The notes below the pieces were generated by a model. The model ran no database searches. It saw only the letters and a program-made list of their open reading frames with translations, and was not told the DNA's origin. From the human T2T-CHM13v2.0 reference genome, Homo sapiens: a DNA stretch of 64,000 nucleotides. The stretch is from the NCBI RefSeq assembly GCF_009914755.1, contig NC_060942.1; one strand, given 5' to 3'. Position 1 is the stretch's first letter, and each line of letters begins with the position of its first letter. This document shows positions 24,001-36,611 of the stretch, piece by piece. The translations under genes and the position numbers were made by a program.

Positions 24001-25084
24001 GAAACCAGGTGCATAGGTTGAGAAGTAGTTAGAGGCCACCTACCTTGCCCAGATACCTGCAGCCAGAACCGTGCTGGCTAAGAGGTCAGACTTTAATTGG
24101 TCTCTTGCTGATTCCCGCCATATCTCCCCTCCTCACCAGCCGGGCAAGATGGCAGGTAGTTCACCAGACACATAAATCATTCACCTCTGCTGGCTTGCAA
24201 TTCACTATTCTATATCAACAGCCATTTCTTGTTCCCTCCCCACTTCTGTCAGTTCACGGTCCTAAAAAGTAACCTGGTGATTTGGAATTTGAATTTGGAA
24301 AGTTTATACTAATACCAGAGCTAAGCCATTGAGATAGGGTGGCAGTGATGCAGAAGGGAGCATGGGCAAACACTGAAAGATCACGAGTGCCAGAAGAGGT
24401 GGGAAATGGCTCTATGTCACCCAGGGAGGTATTAGAACAATGAAATGAGATTGAGAGAAAGAAAATACAAGCCCTATTGCAAGGGAAGAGCTCCTAACCA
24501 AGAGTCAATTAGACTGTGGAATGGCTTCCGTGTGGAAATGGCCAGAATTGTAGTAGCAGTCATTGAAAACCAACCCTGCAAAGTGCCCAAAATAAACTAA
24601 AAGAAACATTCTATATGAAGGGCCCAATTTCATCAGCACATGGTAATCACAGACATCCCAGTCTGGACATCTGTCATTCTTAGACTTTAACCAGGAGAAA
24701 AACTACTATTCATTTTCTGTACATTTGAGGAAGAATCCCTGATACTTGTGAGAGGTGAAATGTTTCTTGCTGCCATCTTCCAAAAATATATTTCTAAGAT
24801 AAAGTCTGGTTTATCACAGAATCACAGGTCTTTGCTGGTTCTTTGCTTTATTTGAACTCATAAGATATTTGACAGTTAATCATACCCTGGCTTGTACCAT
24901 CTTTTCAGTAACAAATATTTTACTTTTATATTGTTGGTTATTTGTATTTCTTAGCTCCTTCACAAGTTAGCCAGTTCTCTGAAAACAGAGGATACTTTAT
25001 TCCTCAAAACTTTTAGCACTGAAATTTCTGTATAGTAGCCAATCACAATATGTTCATAAAATCGCAATCATCAAATGCTGTTAT

Positions 25085-25600
25085 AAATCAAAATCAATAC
25101 ACATTATTGTCCATTTGCTGTATATCAGATACTCTGCTAAGAAATTTTTGTCATTATTTCATTTAATCTCTAGAACAATGTAATATGTTCTATTGTCCCC
25201 ATTTTATTTAAAAAAAAAAAACCAACCTACAGAAATAAGAAAAAAAGTTACTTAGAATCACCCAGTTAGGCAGTACCAGAGCTAGAATTTCAACCCATCT
25301 AATGCCACTGTTTCAACTCCAAAGGTCAGAGAGTAAAAACTTTATAATTTTATAGCACCTACTAATAGCTAACTTTTTTGAATGTTATACAAGAGGCATT
25401 GGGCTAAGTGCTTCACATATATTAGTTAGTACCTGATGCAATCACTATTAATACATGAACTACATCCATGTTACAGATGAGGAAACCGGAGCACAGAGAC
25501 ATTAAAGAACAAGGCCATACAGCTAGTGAGAAGCAGAGCTGGGATTTGCACCTCAGTGTTCTCCATCTGGTGCCCAGGCTCTTCGCCATTTGGTATACCA
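25085..25600 (-). mobile_element. Two tandem antisense MIRs (about 25085-25310 and 25370-25600)
   Basis: Second copy: CCATGTTACAGATGAGGAAACCGGAGCACAGAGACATTAAAGAACAAGGCCATACAGCTAGTGAG..GCAGAGCTGGGATTTG. A similar core lies upstream. Confidence 0.7.
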
Positions 25601-26580
25601 CCACTCAGATGAAGAGACTGAAAATTCAAGAGGAAAACCCTCTGTGTTCAGGCATCTAGTCCCATGCCATGTTCACAACAGCATTATTTATTGATTCAAT
25701 CATTGCTTGGAAGTGGCTTTTCCTTGAATCTCATTTAACGTCTGCCCCTGCATCCAGAAAAGCCTCATCCAAACTTGCCAAAACAAATCAACACTACTCC
25801 TGTACTTTTTGAATTCCAAGGTAGAAACACTCAAAGGGGTCTTTGATGAGGACCAGCAGTAATGCTACTGTCCAAGCATTCCTTCCAGGAATTGGTAGTG
25901 AGCCCCAGCGAGGCCATCCCTGAAACCCTGGTCAGGCTGCACGAGAGAAGATGGAATGGAGAGTGTGTAAACTGAAAGGTTGTGCTTGAAGGTTCCAGTT
26001 ACAAACTAAATCATTAATTCAAAAAAACATGAAGCCTATTTTCCAATGTTTCTGACCATTTCCTTTGTTGAGTCATATCATGAACTAATATTGAATCCTT
26101 ACAGACCAAACTAAAAATAATACACTATAGAAAGAGTATTCCATTGAGCAACAACCAAGCCACAGTCTCCTTCGGGGCAGGCATCATGTTCTCTGGCTCT
26201 CTTTTGCACCCATCAGTCTTGGCATAGCAACAAACACATAGAAAAATGCTTGACCAATGAAGGCTGAATTTAGCTGAATCTCTCAGGAGTCTTTTTCTGA
26301 CTCTATCAACAGCTAAGTAGGCAACAAGCCATGCTTGGGACTCAGTGGAGGCAACAGGACCTGAGGCCCAGGATAAAGGAGGGCACACCCCTCTTCAATT
26401 CATGCAAGGAGGTCACAAATCTATTGGGTACTAGCATTGGCTATAGCCTGAATAAATAATCTATCTTGTATATACATTTTATGATCATTTTTCTTCAAGA
26501 TAATATGGATGTGGAAATAAACAAAATTCAGATGCATTTAGCAATATCACTGAATTCACAGTTACTTTTTGTAATTATGA

Positions 26581-26874
<294 letters not shown>

Positions 26875-28369
26875 TAATTATGAACTTTTAAATCAATGAA
26901 TGCAACTGTTACATGGGGAATCTGGGACATTTTGTGGCACTTTTACAGAAGCTTCATATTGGAAATATTAGACTAGACAACTCATATTTTTTTTCTATTC
27001 TAAACTTCTTTATTTTATGATTCTCTGACTTAAAGTAGGGTGAAATGATTTGACAGTGCCTTCCATAAGTTGGCTTCTTTCTTAGAAATTGCCATGCAGT
27101 GGTGACAATCTCCACAACTTACCATCAAAACATCAGGAATTTTTCATATTTCCATATCTGGTTCTATAAATAATGTTTTCTGAAAATTTCCTGAATTAGA
27201 AAGATAATTATTATCTTTAATTAGATTTCCTTGTCTTCTTCCAAAAGAGCTAGGTCTTTGAAAGGATACAATGAGATTTTCAACAGTGGATGTAAATTTA
27301 TCAGTCCCATCTGTCATTATAGTCCTCTACACATTATTTGCTCTTATCACACAAAACCATTGTTTTTCTTTTTTCTTGCAGTTGCCATTCACCTTCACAC
27401 TCCTGCTGATCCATTAGCTGGGGATACACCTTCACCTCTTCTCAGCCCAACCTAGCTGCCCTTGATCCTTTTCCCATTGCATCACCACTATTAGCCACTC
27501 TTTCCCACGGCAGAGTGGTATGTGCCTAACCCCAGGCACTCACTCTACCAGCTGTTTTAGTTCTTCCTTTGTATGACTCTGCACTATCTGGCCCGAAAGC
27601 CACTTGAACACTATAACTGCCTCTCATGTGTCTTCTTTCCTCCAGACAACCAAGCTAAGGTGATCTTTAAATGTTCATTAAATGTCCTGAATGAATGAGA
27701 TGATAAATGCAGTCACCATGGAAGGCAAATATGTTTGATTATGAAAAAATTACACTTGAATTCAAAAAGTTTAAATTGGTTTCCAACTTGTACCTGACGT
27801 GGTTTAAAATAAGTTTAAATTTTAAAAAAACTTAACCTCCTACTCCTAATTACCTGATGTTCTTTACACTTTATCAAAAGAAAAGTGAAAGGAAATAAAT
27901 TCTTTCTGCAGAGTTTCTAGGCCCTGCTTCTATACTTTACAGAAAGAATTAATAAACCAACATTATTCCTGGAACTAAAATGATGTAAATTGATGGCTCC
28001 AGTACCCAGACCAAGATGTGCTGGTAGGATAAGACTCTGAGAGCATAAATTTTTGTTAAAGGGAGAAACTACCTTAATTCTATCACCATACATAACAAAC
28101 CAAAAATTTTAAAAAATAATAGAAAAGAAAGAAAATTACATTTCCTTTGTGGGGGTGAGCGTAGACAAGGGAGATAAAATACATTTGTTCTTTTAAGTTA
28201 TTTCTAAACCAAGCAGAAGAAATTAAAATATACAAATAAGAATGAAGACATTTGCTAAAACAAAGTATATTGCATTGTTTGTTCTCCTTCCTTCTCTAAC
28301 CTGCAGAGGGATAGTAAACCGTTCAGCAGAGAGCCCAGGACATAGGGTTGATAACTGCTAACATGGACA

Positions 28370-28590
28370 GATTACTTCATCTTGGTCAGGTACTGTGCTA
28401 AGCTCCTTACCTGCTTATAATATTTCATCCTTACAATAGTTCTATGAGCTGTAAATTGAGTACTCTTATTATCTCAATTTTACAGACGACACTTAATAAG
28501 ATTAGTTTGCCCAAGACGTCAGAGTTACTAAGCAGTGAAGCCAGGATTCAGACTCAAGTAGTCTAATTTCAAAGTGCTAACAACTCTCTA
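28370..28590 (-). mobile_element. MIR SINE
   Basis: CAGGTACTGTGCTAAGCTCCTTAC...ATTATCTCAATTTTACAGACGA...TTTGCCCAAGACGTCAGAG..GAAGCCAGGATTCAGACTCAAG. Confidence 0.7.
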
Positions 28591-28734
28591 TTTCCAGTAT
28601 GGCTAGAGAATAGAAAATAGGGAATCTAATCTCAATTTTATATTTGATCTAAATTTTGAATATTAGGCAGAATATTGACAAAACTGGATGAAGGATAAGA
28701 TTTTCCAGTTTGACAGACCAATGTCTTCATAGAT

Positions 28735-29145
28735 GTGTGTATTGTGTGTGTATTTTTTTAATTTCCTATGTATTGTAATATGTTGACATTTTATGAAACG
28801 TTTCTGGCTGAGGAAGAGCCTGCCCATCCAAGAGCTAGCCAACTCTTAGAGATAACAAAGTACCAAACAACTATTGACCACCTCCACCGCCCAAAGCCCA
28901 CTGAAATTCTTCAAACTGCCAGTCCTATGCTTCTCATGCTCTGTGTTGCCTTTCCCTGGGAACCCCAATGAAGGCTGTGGCCTGAGGGCTCCCTGGGCCT
29001 GTTTTCTGCCTCCTGTCTACTCTGGTGTCTTTCCCATGTGTCATGCCATGCCTCCTGTCTCGAAGACCTGTACATATAATAAACTTTGCTTTCCTGAGCC
29101 TCTCCTCTGTCTCCACTTGTGGCAGCACCTAACTGGCCATCATGT
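28735..29145 (+). mobile_element. ERVL-type solo LTR (MER54/MER74 group), internally deleted
   Basis: ATTTCCTATGTATTGTAATATGTTGACATT...GGAAGAGCCTGCCCATCCAAGAGCTAGCCAACTCTTAGAGATAACAAAG; poly(A) signal AATAAACTTTG near 29078. Confidence 0.55.
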
Positions 29146-29251
29146 AAAAAAAAAAAAAAAAATCCAAAACAATGTGGCAGTGAGAAAACAAGAGGTATCC
29201 CCAGGGTATGGAAGTGGCTCAGTGGGACAAGAGCACAATATCTATGTGGAG

Positions 29252-29590
29252 CAGAGGCTGGTAAACTGGGCCATGGGCCAGATCTGGCTTAACACCTGTT
29301 TTTGTACAGCCTGTGATTAAAGAATGAATTTTATATTTTTAAGTGACTGGAAAAAAAATTCAAAAAAGAAAAGAATGACATTTCATGATGTGAAAATTAT
29401 ATAAAATTTGTAAACTTATATGAAATTCCAGTATTCAGTAATAAAGTTTTATGGGAACATAGGCACAATCATTCATTTTCTATTGTTCATGGCTAATTTC
29501 AGAGAATTGAGTAGTTATGACATAAACTGTGGGTGCTGCAAAACCTAAATTGTTTATTACTTGGCCATTTACAGAGCTTACTAACTCCTG
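29252..29590 (+). mobile_element. MER58B-like hAT-Charlie MITE
   Basis: CAG...CTG ends with degenerate TIRs; GGGCCAGATCTGGC..CACCTGTTTTTGTACAGCCTGTGA; GTAATAAAGTTTTATGGGAACATAGGCAC; AAAACCTAAATTGTTTATTACTTGGCCATTTACAGA. Confidence 0.8.
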
Positions 29591-29806
29591 ATCAAGGGAA
29601 TTAACAGGGGGATGTTGAGAAGGGTGGGTAAATGACAACCAGTCTTCAAAAACATGCTTGATGATTTATAATTTGAAAGGCACAGGAGAACGTTGAAAGA
29701 CTTTGAGGGATACGTGGCATAATCGGGATACTAGGCTTTTAAAATTGCAAACAAAAGACATTCCCAGATGCCCTCTGTAATAATCACTTATTATAAGGTC
29801 ACAAAG

Positions 29807-30114
29807 GGAAGCAGGACAGTAAGGCAACTGGCTCAGGGGGAGTGGAGCCATTCTGAGTCCCAGGACTTCTGTGCCTCAAGAAAAGTAGCTCATCCACTGC
29901 AGGACTCATCATGACCTCAGGGGGACCACCAACAGAGCCTGTCTGGCTAGGTTGATTTAACACGCTCTAATATGGAGCATGCCTTATTCCACAAGGTATG
30001 ATGGCTGGCCTCCTGTATGCCTAGCCTGTCCATGGTCAAGACAATGGTAGAAGAGCATGTTCTGTCTTTCTCAACACTCAGTACTGGAGCCCCAGCAACT
30101 GTACAAGAACTGCT
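29807..30114 (+). repeat. Left arm of a ~310-bp inverted repeat (partner at 33138-33445)
   Basis: Aligns to the reverse complement of 33138-33445 at about 84% identity by hand count with one 1-bp gap. Exact blocks include CTCAAGAAAAGTAGCTCATCCACTGCAGGA (30 nt) and ATGGAGCATGCCTTATTCCACAAGGTAT (28 nt). Confidence 0.95.
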
Positions 30115-30374
30115 TGAGGGCATTTTCCTTTGAAAGAAGATTTGAGCACAGTAGCTCCTTAGCATTTTAAGGATTCTTTCTCAGTGTTAGAGTAAAAATC
30201 CTGCCCACATAGGCCCTGATGCTACCTTGGGTGATACACCTATGTTGGCTGGAGGTGGTGGGGGGCGTTAGGGGATGGGGAGATCTTCACATCAGCATCT
30301 TTGCTCTCATTATCCTACTCTAGGCTTCACAACTACAGCAAGTATCTTGTTGGTTCAAAGTACCCAAAGGTAGG

Positions 30375-32577
30375 TGTATTAGTCCATTTTCATGCTGCTG
30401 ATAAAGATATACCCATTTAATGAATTTACAGTTCCATGTGGCTGGGGTGGCCTCACAATCATGGTGGAAGGTGAAAGGCACGTCTCACATGGCAGCAGAC
30501 AAGAGAAGAGAGCTTGTGCAGGGAAACTCCTCCTTATAATAACTATCAGATCTCATGAGTTTTACTTACTATCATTAGAACAGCATGGGAAAGACCTGCC
30601 CCACGATTCAATTACCTCCCACAAGGTCCCTCCCACAACATGTGGAAATTCAAGATGAGATTTAGATGGGGACACAGCCAAACCATATCACTCCACCCCT
30701 GGCCCCTCTGAAATCACATGTCCTCACATTTCAAAACCAATCATGCCTTTCCGAAAGTCCCCCAAAGTCTTAACTCATTTCAGCATTAACACAAAAGTCC
30801 ACAGTACAAAGTCTTATCTGAGACAAGGCAAGTCCCTTCCACCTATGAACCTCTAAAATCAAAAGCAAGTCAGTTACTTCCTAGATACAATGAGGGTGCA
30901 GGCATTGGGTAAATACAGCCATTGCGAATGGGAGAAATTGGCCAAAACAAAGGGGATATAGGCCCCATGCAAGTCCAAAATCCAGCAAGGTGGTCAAATC
31001 TTAAAGCTCCAAAATGATCTCCTTTGATTCCATGTCTTACATCCAGGTTACACTGATGCAAGGGGTGAGTTCTCATGGTCTTGGACAGCTCTGCCCCTGT
31101 GGCTTTTCAGGGTACAGCCTCTCTCCCAGCTGCTTTCACAAGCTGGCATTAAGTGCCTGTGGCTTTTCCAGGAGCACAGTACAAACTGTTAGTGGATCTA
31201 TCATTCTGGGTTCTGGAGGACAGTGGCCCTCTTCTCACAGCTCCAGTAGGCAGTGCCCCAGCAGGGACTCTGTATGGGGGCTCCAACCCCACATTTCCCT
31301 TCTGCACTGCCCTAGCAGAGGTTCTCCATGAGAGTCCTGCCCGTGCATCAGACTTCTGCCTGAACATCCAGGCATTTCTATACATCCTCTGAAATCTAGG
31401 TGGAAGTTCCCAAACCTCAATTCTTGACTTCTGTGCACTCGCAAGCTCAACACCACAGAAGTTGCCAAGCCTTAGGGCTTGCACCCACTGAAGCCACGAC
31501 CTGAGCTCTATGTTGGCCCTTTTCAGCCATGGTTGGAGTGGCTGGGACACAGGACACCAAGTCCCTACACTGCATACATCACGGAGACCCTGGGCGTGGC
31601 CCACTAAACCACATTTTCCTCCTAGGCCAGTGGGTCTGTGATGGGAGGGGCTACCATGAAGACCTCTGACATGCCCTGGAGACATTTTCCCCATGGTCTT
31701 GGGAATTAACATTCCGCTCCTCATCACTTATGCAAATTTCTGCAGCCAGCCTGAATTTCTCCTCAGAAAATGGGATTTTTTTTTTTTCTATCGCATTGTC
31801 AGGCTGCAAATTTTCCGAACTTTCCTGCTTTCCTTCCCTTTTAAAACTGAATGCTTTTAACAGCACCCAAGTCATATCTTGAATGCTTTGCTGCTTAGAA
31901 ATTTCTTCTGCCAGATACCCTAAATCATCTCTCTCAAGTTCAAAGTTCCACAAATCTCCAGGGCAGGGGCAAAATGCCACCAGCCTCTTTGCTAAAACAT
32001 AACAAGAGTCACCTTTGCTCCAGTTCCTAACAAGTTTCCCTTGTCTATCTGAGACCACCTCACCCTGGATTTCATTGTCCATGTTATTATCAGCATGTTG
32101 GTCAAAGCCATTCAAGAAATCTCTAGAGAGTTCCAAACATTCCTACATTTTCCTGTCTTCTTCTGAGCCCCCCAGACTCCAACCTCTGCCTGTTACCCAG
32201 TTCCAAAGTTGCTTCCACATTTTGGGGTATCTTTCAGCAGCACCGCACTCCTGGTACCAATTTATTGTATTAGTCCATTTTTGTGCTGCTGATAAAGACA
32301 TACCCATTTAGTGGACTTACAGTTCCATGTGGCTGGGGAGGCCTCACAATCATGGAGGAAGGTGAAAGGCACATTTCACATAGCAACAGACAAGAGAAGA
32401 GTGCTTGTGCACAGAAACTCCCCCTTATAATAACCATCGGATCTTGTGAGACTTACTTACTATCACAAGAACAGCACAGGAAGCACCTGCCCTCATGATT
32501 CAATTACCTCCCACCGAGTCCTTCCCACAATGGAATTCAACATGAGATTTGGGTGGGGACCCAGCCAAACCATATCA
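30375..32577 (-). mobile_element. Full-length THE1 (THE1B-like) MaLR element: LTR 30375-30690, internal 30691-32265, LTR 32266-32577
   Basis: Two direct LTRs TGTATTAGTCC...AAACCATATCA enclose a ~1.58-kb THE1 internal region (decayed ORF ...WSKGDSCYVLAKRLVAFCPCP.DLWNFELERDDLGYLAEEISKQQSIQ...). Perfect 5-bp TSD GTAGG at 30370-30374 and 32578-32582. Confidence 0.97.
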
Positions 32578-32709
32578 GTAGGTAAAAGCTTCAGCTTTGA
32601 ATTCTAATGTTGTGTCATAAAAACCTAGTCTGCTTTATCTATTGCTTTAACAACTACTTTGTCTTGTAGCATTCTGTGTCTTTTAATGCAGGCACTTCTG
32701 TTCTTTTTC

Positions 32710-32870
32710 AAAAAAAGGAACAGGAATGAAGGAGAAAGGAAGAGGGAAGAAGGGAGGAAGGGAGGAAGGGAGGAAGGAAGGAAAGAAGGAAAGAAAGAAG
32801 GAAGGAAGGGAGGGAGAGAGGGAGGGAAGGAGGGAAGGAAGAGAGAGACAGAGAGAGAGAGGAGAGAGAT
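32710..32870. repeat. Polypurine (GGAA/GGGA/GA)n low-complexity tract
   Basis: About 160 nt almost entirely A/G. Confidence 0.93.
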
Positions 32871-33137
32871 GCCCTCGAGAGTGTGTCTATGCATTAGCAA
32901 TTAAAAGCTGTCAGGGAGCTGGTCATTTACCCTCCTCTGAAGATATTTATTTGTATCATACTTACTTTGAATAAAATAGTAAAAGATTATCTTTTTAACT
33001 AGCTCAGCAAGTCCCCATAGTTTTCAAATCTGAGTTTCTGAAAGGTCTTTGTCTTTCTCTTTTCTAAAGCATTTACATTATTTGAATAGAGTAGCCAGAA
33101 ACCAGAGTTTTTCAGGAAACTTAAAACCTGAAAAACT

Positions 33138-33445
33138 AAACAGTTCCTATATAGTTGGCAGGGACCCTATACTGAGTGTTGAGAATTACAGAACATGCTC
33201 TTCTACCATTTTCATAGCCATGGACAGGCTGAGCATGAAGAAGGCCAGCCATAATACCTTGTGGAATAAGGCATGCTCCATGTTGAAGGAAAATAAATCC
33301 ACCCAACCAGACAGTCTCTGTTGGTGATTGCCCTGAGGTCATGATGAATCCTGCAGTGGATGAGCTACTTTTCTTGAGATATAGAAGTCCTGGGACTCAG
33401 AGTGGCCTCACTCCCCTGAGCCAGTTGCCTTGCTGTCCTGCTTCC
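33138..33445 (-). repeat. Right arm of the ~310-bp inverted repeat (partner at 29807-30114)
   Basis: See the left arm. The ORF track shows the same relation: 29947..30165(-) and 33049..33327(+) share RTCSSTI...MDRL...ASH.TLWNKACS. Confidence 0.95.
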
Positions 33446-33722
33446 ACAGATGGAGAAAATGGTAAAGTGAACCTAGTGAAATAACCAGGGAGAGAACCTG
33501 AATTCTGATCCTTACTCCATTATTCAACCTGTGAGATCTTGAGTGAATCAAAACACTTCAGAGGCTCTAATTGTTCAGATAGAAGATATGAATAATAACA
33601 CTTCTGTGGCATACATCACAGCTGGCGTTGGAGGTCAAGTGGAAATATATACATTCCAGGCTTTAGAAATTGTCAAATATAGGATAAATCAGAATAAAGG
33701 ATGTAAACATTAGTAAGCAAAA

Positions 33723-34089
33723 TGATATGGTTTGGCTGTGTCCCCATCCAGTTCTCATCTTGAAATGTAGTTCACATAATCTCCACATGCTGTGGAAGGG
33801 ACTTGGTGGGAAGTAATCGAATCATGGGGGCAGATTTTTTTCCATGTTATTCTCGTGATAGTGAAAACATCTCATGAGATCTGATGGCTTTATAAAGGGC
33901 AGTTCCCCTGCACACCCTCTCTTGCCTGCTGCCACGTTAAGACGTGCCTTTGCTCCTCCTTCACCTTTCGCCATGGTTGTGTGGCCCCTCCAGTTATGTG
34001 GAAGTGTGAGTCCATTAAACCTCTTTTTCTTTATAAGTTACCCAGTCTCAGGTATGTTTTTATTAGCAGCATGAGAATGAACTAAAACA
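33723..34089 (+). mobile_element. THE1 solo LTR (THE1D-like)
   Basis: TGATATGGTTTGGCTGTGTCCCC...GGGCAGTTCCCCTGCACAC...CCATTAAACCTCTTTTTCTTTATAAGTTACCCAGTCTCAGGTATG...ACTAAAACA. Flanks CAAAA and CAGAA give a 5-bp TSD with one change. Confidence 0.95.
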
Positions 34090-34179
34090 CAGAATAAATG
34101 TGACTGCATTCATATTGCCAGAATAAGTGTTCTTAGCTGCAGAAGAACAAGCTCTCATGCCAGGCCAGATTGATAAGGG

Positions 34180-34760
34180 GTAACTTTGTGATGATTTGGA
34201 GTTTCATGAGGGTCTTGAAGATGAGGGAAAAAGAAAGCATTCTAGGCTGCAAGAAGGGTGCAGAAATAAACCTGGAAGCCAAAACGTTTGACGTATGTTT
34301 AAGGAGCAGTAAGTAAACTAGATTACTGGCTGGAGCAGATTAAGTATGTTAGCAAAGTTGTGGGACATGAATGTGGAAAAAGTAAGTTGAAGACACACCA
34401 TTGGAGGCCTTGAATGCCAGGTTTAGATATTTGGGTTATTCAGAAGAAAAGAGCCAGTAATTTTAGACTAACAACTTGGCAATAGTGTGCAACTACATCA
34501 GGGAGAGATGGGCAGCAGCCAGACCCTACTAGCAACCATTGCTTTCATCCATCTAGGGACAGGATAAGGAACTAAGCTGAAGCGATAGTTGTGCTGGCTG
34601 CTCTGAAGGATCTGGTAGTTGAAGAGGCTGTAGGGAGAATGAAAAACCACTTCTTCTGAGTTTGACTGGTGTAAGGAAATGAGATAATACTGTTGGAAAT
34701 GGGGAACATATAAGAGGGAGTTCTCATCCTGGGAGGAAAAATTAACTCACTTTTCGGCCT
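34180..34760 (-). mobile_element. L2 LINE fragment
   Basis: GGGTCTTGAAGATGAG..GCATTCTAGGC..., TTTAAGGAGCAGTAAG...GGCTGGAGCAG, GAGGCCTTGAATGCCAGG are typical of antisense L2. Confidence 0.6.
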
Positions 34761-36611
34761 CAGTGTTTGAGGGAAGGAACATATGGGGCTTGAAAGGATT
34801 CTAATTCACCACACAGAAAAGGGCTTTGAGGAAGGAAAGGGCATGAGGGGGCTTGGACCCCCTCCCCCAACTCCCAGAGAAAGGCAGCAGGCAACCATTG
34901 CCAAAGATTGATAGATTGAGAAGGCTCTCCAAGAAAGGCATGAGGAAGGCTTAGAGAATTCCAGCAAGGAGGGAGACAGCTTCCAGAGGAACCTGAATAA
35001 GGGAGAAAGAAAGGCTGAACTCTCACATTCAAGCCCTTGGTGGTCTGAGCCTGACCTTCTCTGTAGGTCTCCCACATAGAGGAAAACTGCAATTTAAGAC
35101 CAATGTTTCTGAACCAGGCAAATGGGGAGTCAAACAGCAAGGAGTGCTAATTTATATTTAAATACAACATTTTTATTACTTTTCTAGAAATTTGACACCA
35201 ACCCTCATTTTAAACTAGACAAAGCAGCATAACTTTTTTCTTTCAAAATGATTGACACTCAAAAGGTAATAACCTTTAAATTCCTCCAATTAAAGCAAAT
35301 TTAATTTTAAGTTGAATTAAAGGAAACTTTAATTAGAAAGAAGATTAAATTTTAATTAAATTTCTCTAAAATCTTCATACCGGCCTTTACAGCTAATATT
35401 TCTGTCAGAAACCAAATCCCTTCTTAATATTCTAAAATTCTTTTCTAGCATTTTCCTTCGTATTAAAACAGCATCTCACCAGCTGTACCTGCCACTGTGA
35501 AAATTATTCCCATCTTAAAATACTGGAAATACAACGGAGAAACCAAAGTCTCCCTGGGCAGAGAAGGAAAAACAACATATTCTATTATTGATGAGATTTT
35601 TATTTTCCATCTCCTCCCAGTCCTTTCTGAAGCGATTAGGTGTGATGGGCCTGCTGTGAGCCCGTTGTACTGCATCCACAGCATCAACAAATATTTATGG
35701 AACACCTACTGTGTGCATGGCCCTGCACTAAGTTTCCTGTCTAACAGGGAAACATTGTTAAAATTCTAGCTCAGGCAAAGACACCAGCCAACAGAGCCTA
35801 GACTACAAGCTACTCCTGGTGGGTTCTTGGCGACTGCTTGTTCCCAGAGTCAGAAAGAGAAATGTCAGTCTCCTCACAACTGGTCCTGCATCTTCCCCCG
35901 TCCCATGCTACTTGATGCTAGTGGGAAATGCCTTGAGTTAAGAGACATAAGTTTCAGATTCTAGACCTAAATTGCCATTAGATAACAATATTATCTTTGG
36001 GAAAACCCTAAACTCTCCATTTTTCACATTTCTTCTTTGTAAAATGGGTAATAAAACCCAAGGATGTTATAAGGATCAAATGAATTAACGTAGATAGAAA
36101 AAGTTTCTGAGAACGGCAAAGTGCTGGTTAGTGTAACGTATGAGGATATTGCTGACTGGCCTTCCCCTTCCCCCCACAGGTTCCGCCTGCTTTAAACTCT
36201 CTAGCTGTGTCCCCAGCCCTCCCCGGATGTCTTCCAGTTCATTGCTTACTGTTCTCACATTCACCATGCTGTAAATGTGGTTCTGTTAACCTTCCTTCCC
36301 ACAACTACCTCCTGTTGCCACATTGCGTGTCCTCATTCCTTTCCTCTCAAGACCTCTTTCCTGCTCTCTGTCAACCCATAACCAAGCTCAGCTCCTCCCA
36401 GAAGCCAGCCCTGAGCAGAGCCCTGGACAGGGAACATTCCCTTGCTCCTAATACTGCTTTACATATGCACCCTCCTCTAGACTGATCTATGATCTGGATA
36501 CTGACATATAGCAGAGCTTCTGCCTCCAGAAATGTGGAATATATTTCAAGATTCCCCACAGAAGATTGAAGTAAAAATAAAATGAGGATAAAGAATTTCA
36601 TTAAGGCCTCC

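Noticed and set aside
31014-32311. Longest ORFs in the window (192 aa, 161 aa and overlapping ORFs)
   Set aside because: All lie in the THE1 internal region. They are decayed MaLR internal ORF pieces or antisense frames, not a host gene.
29947-33327. Two similar ORFs (29947..30165 - and 33049..33327 +) that look like a paralogous small-protein pair
   Set aside because: The similarity follows from the DNA inverted repeat. Starts and stops differ, both begin at non-ATG codons, no domain is recognisable, and the differences are not concentrated at third codon positions.
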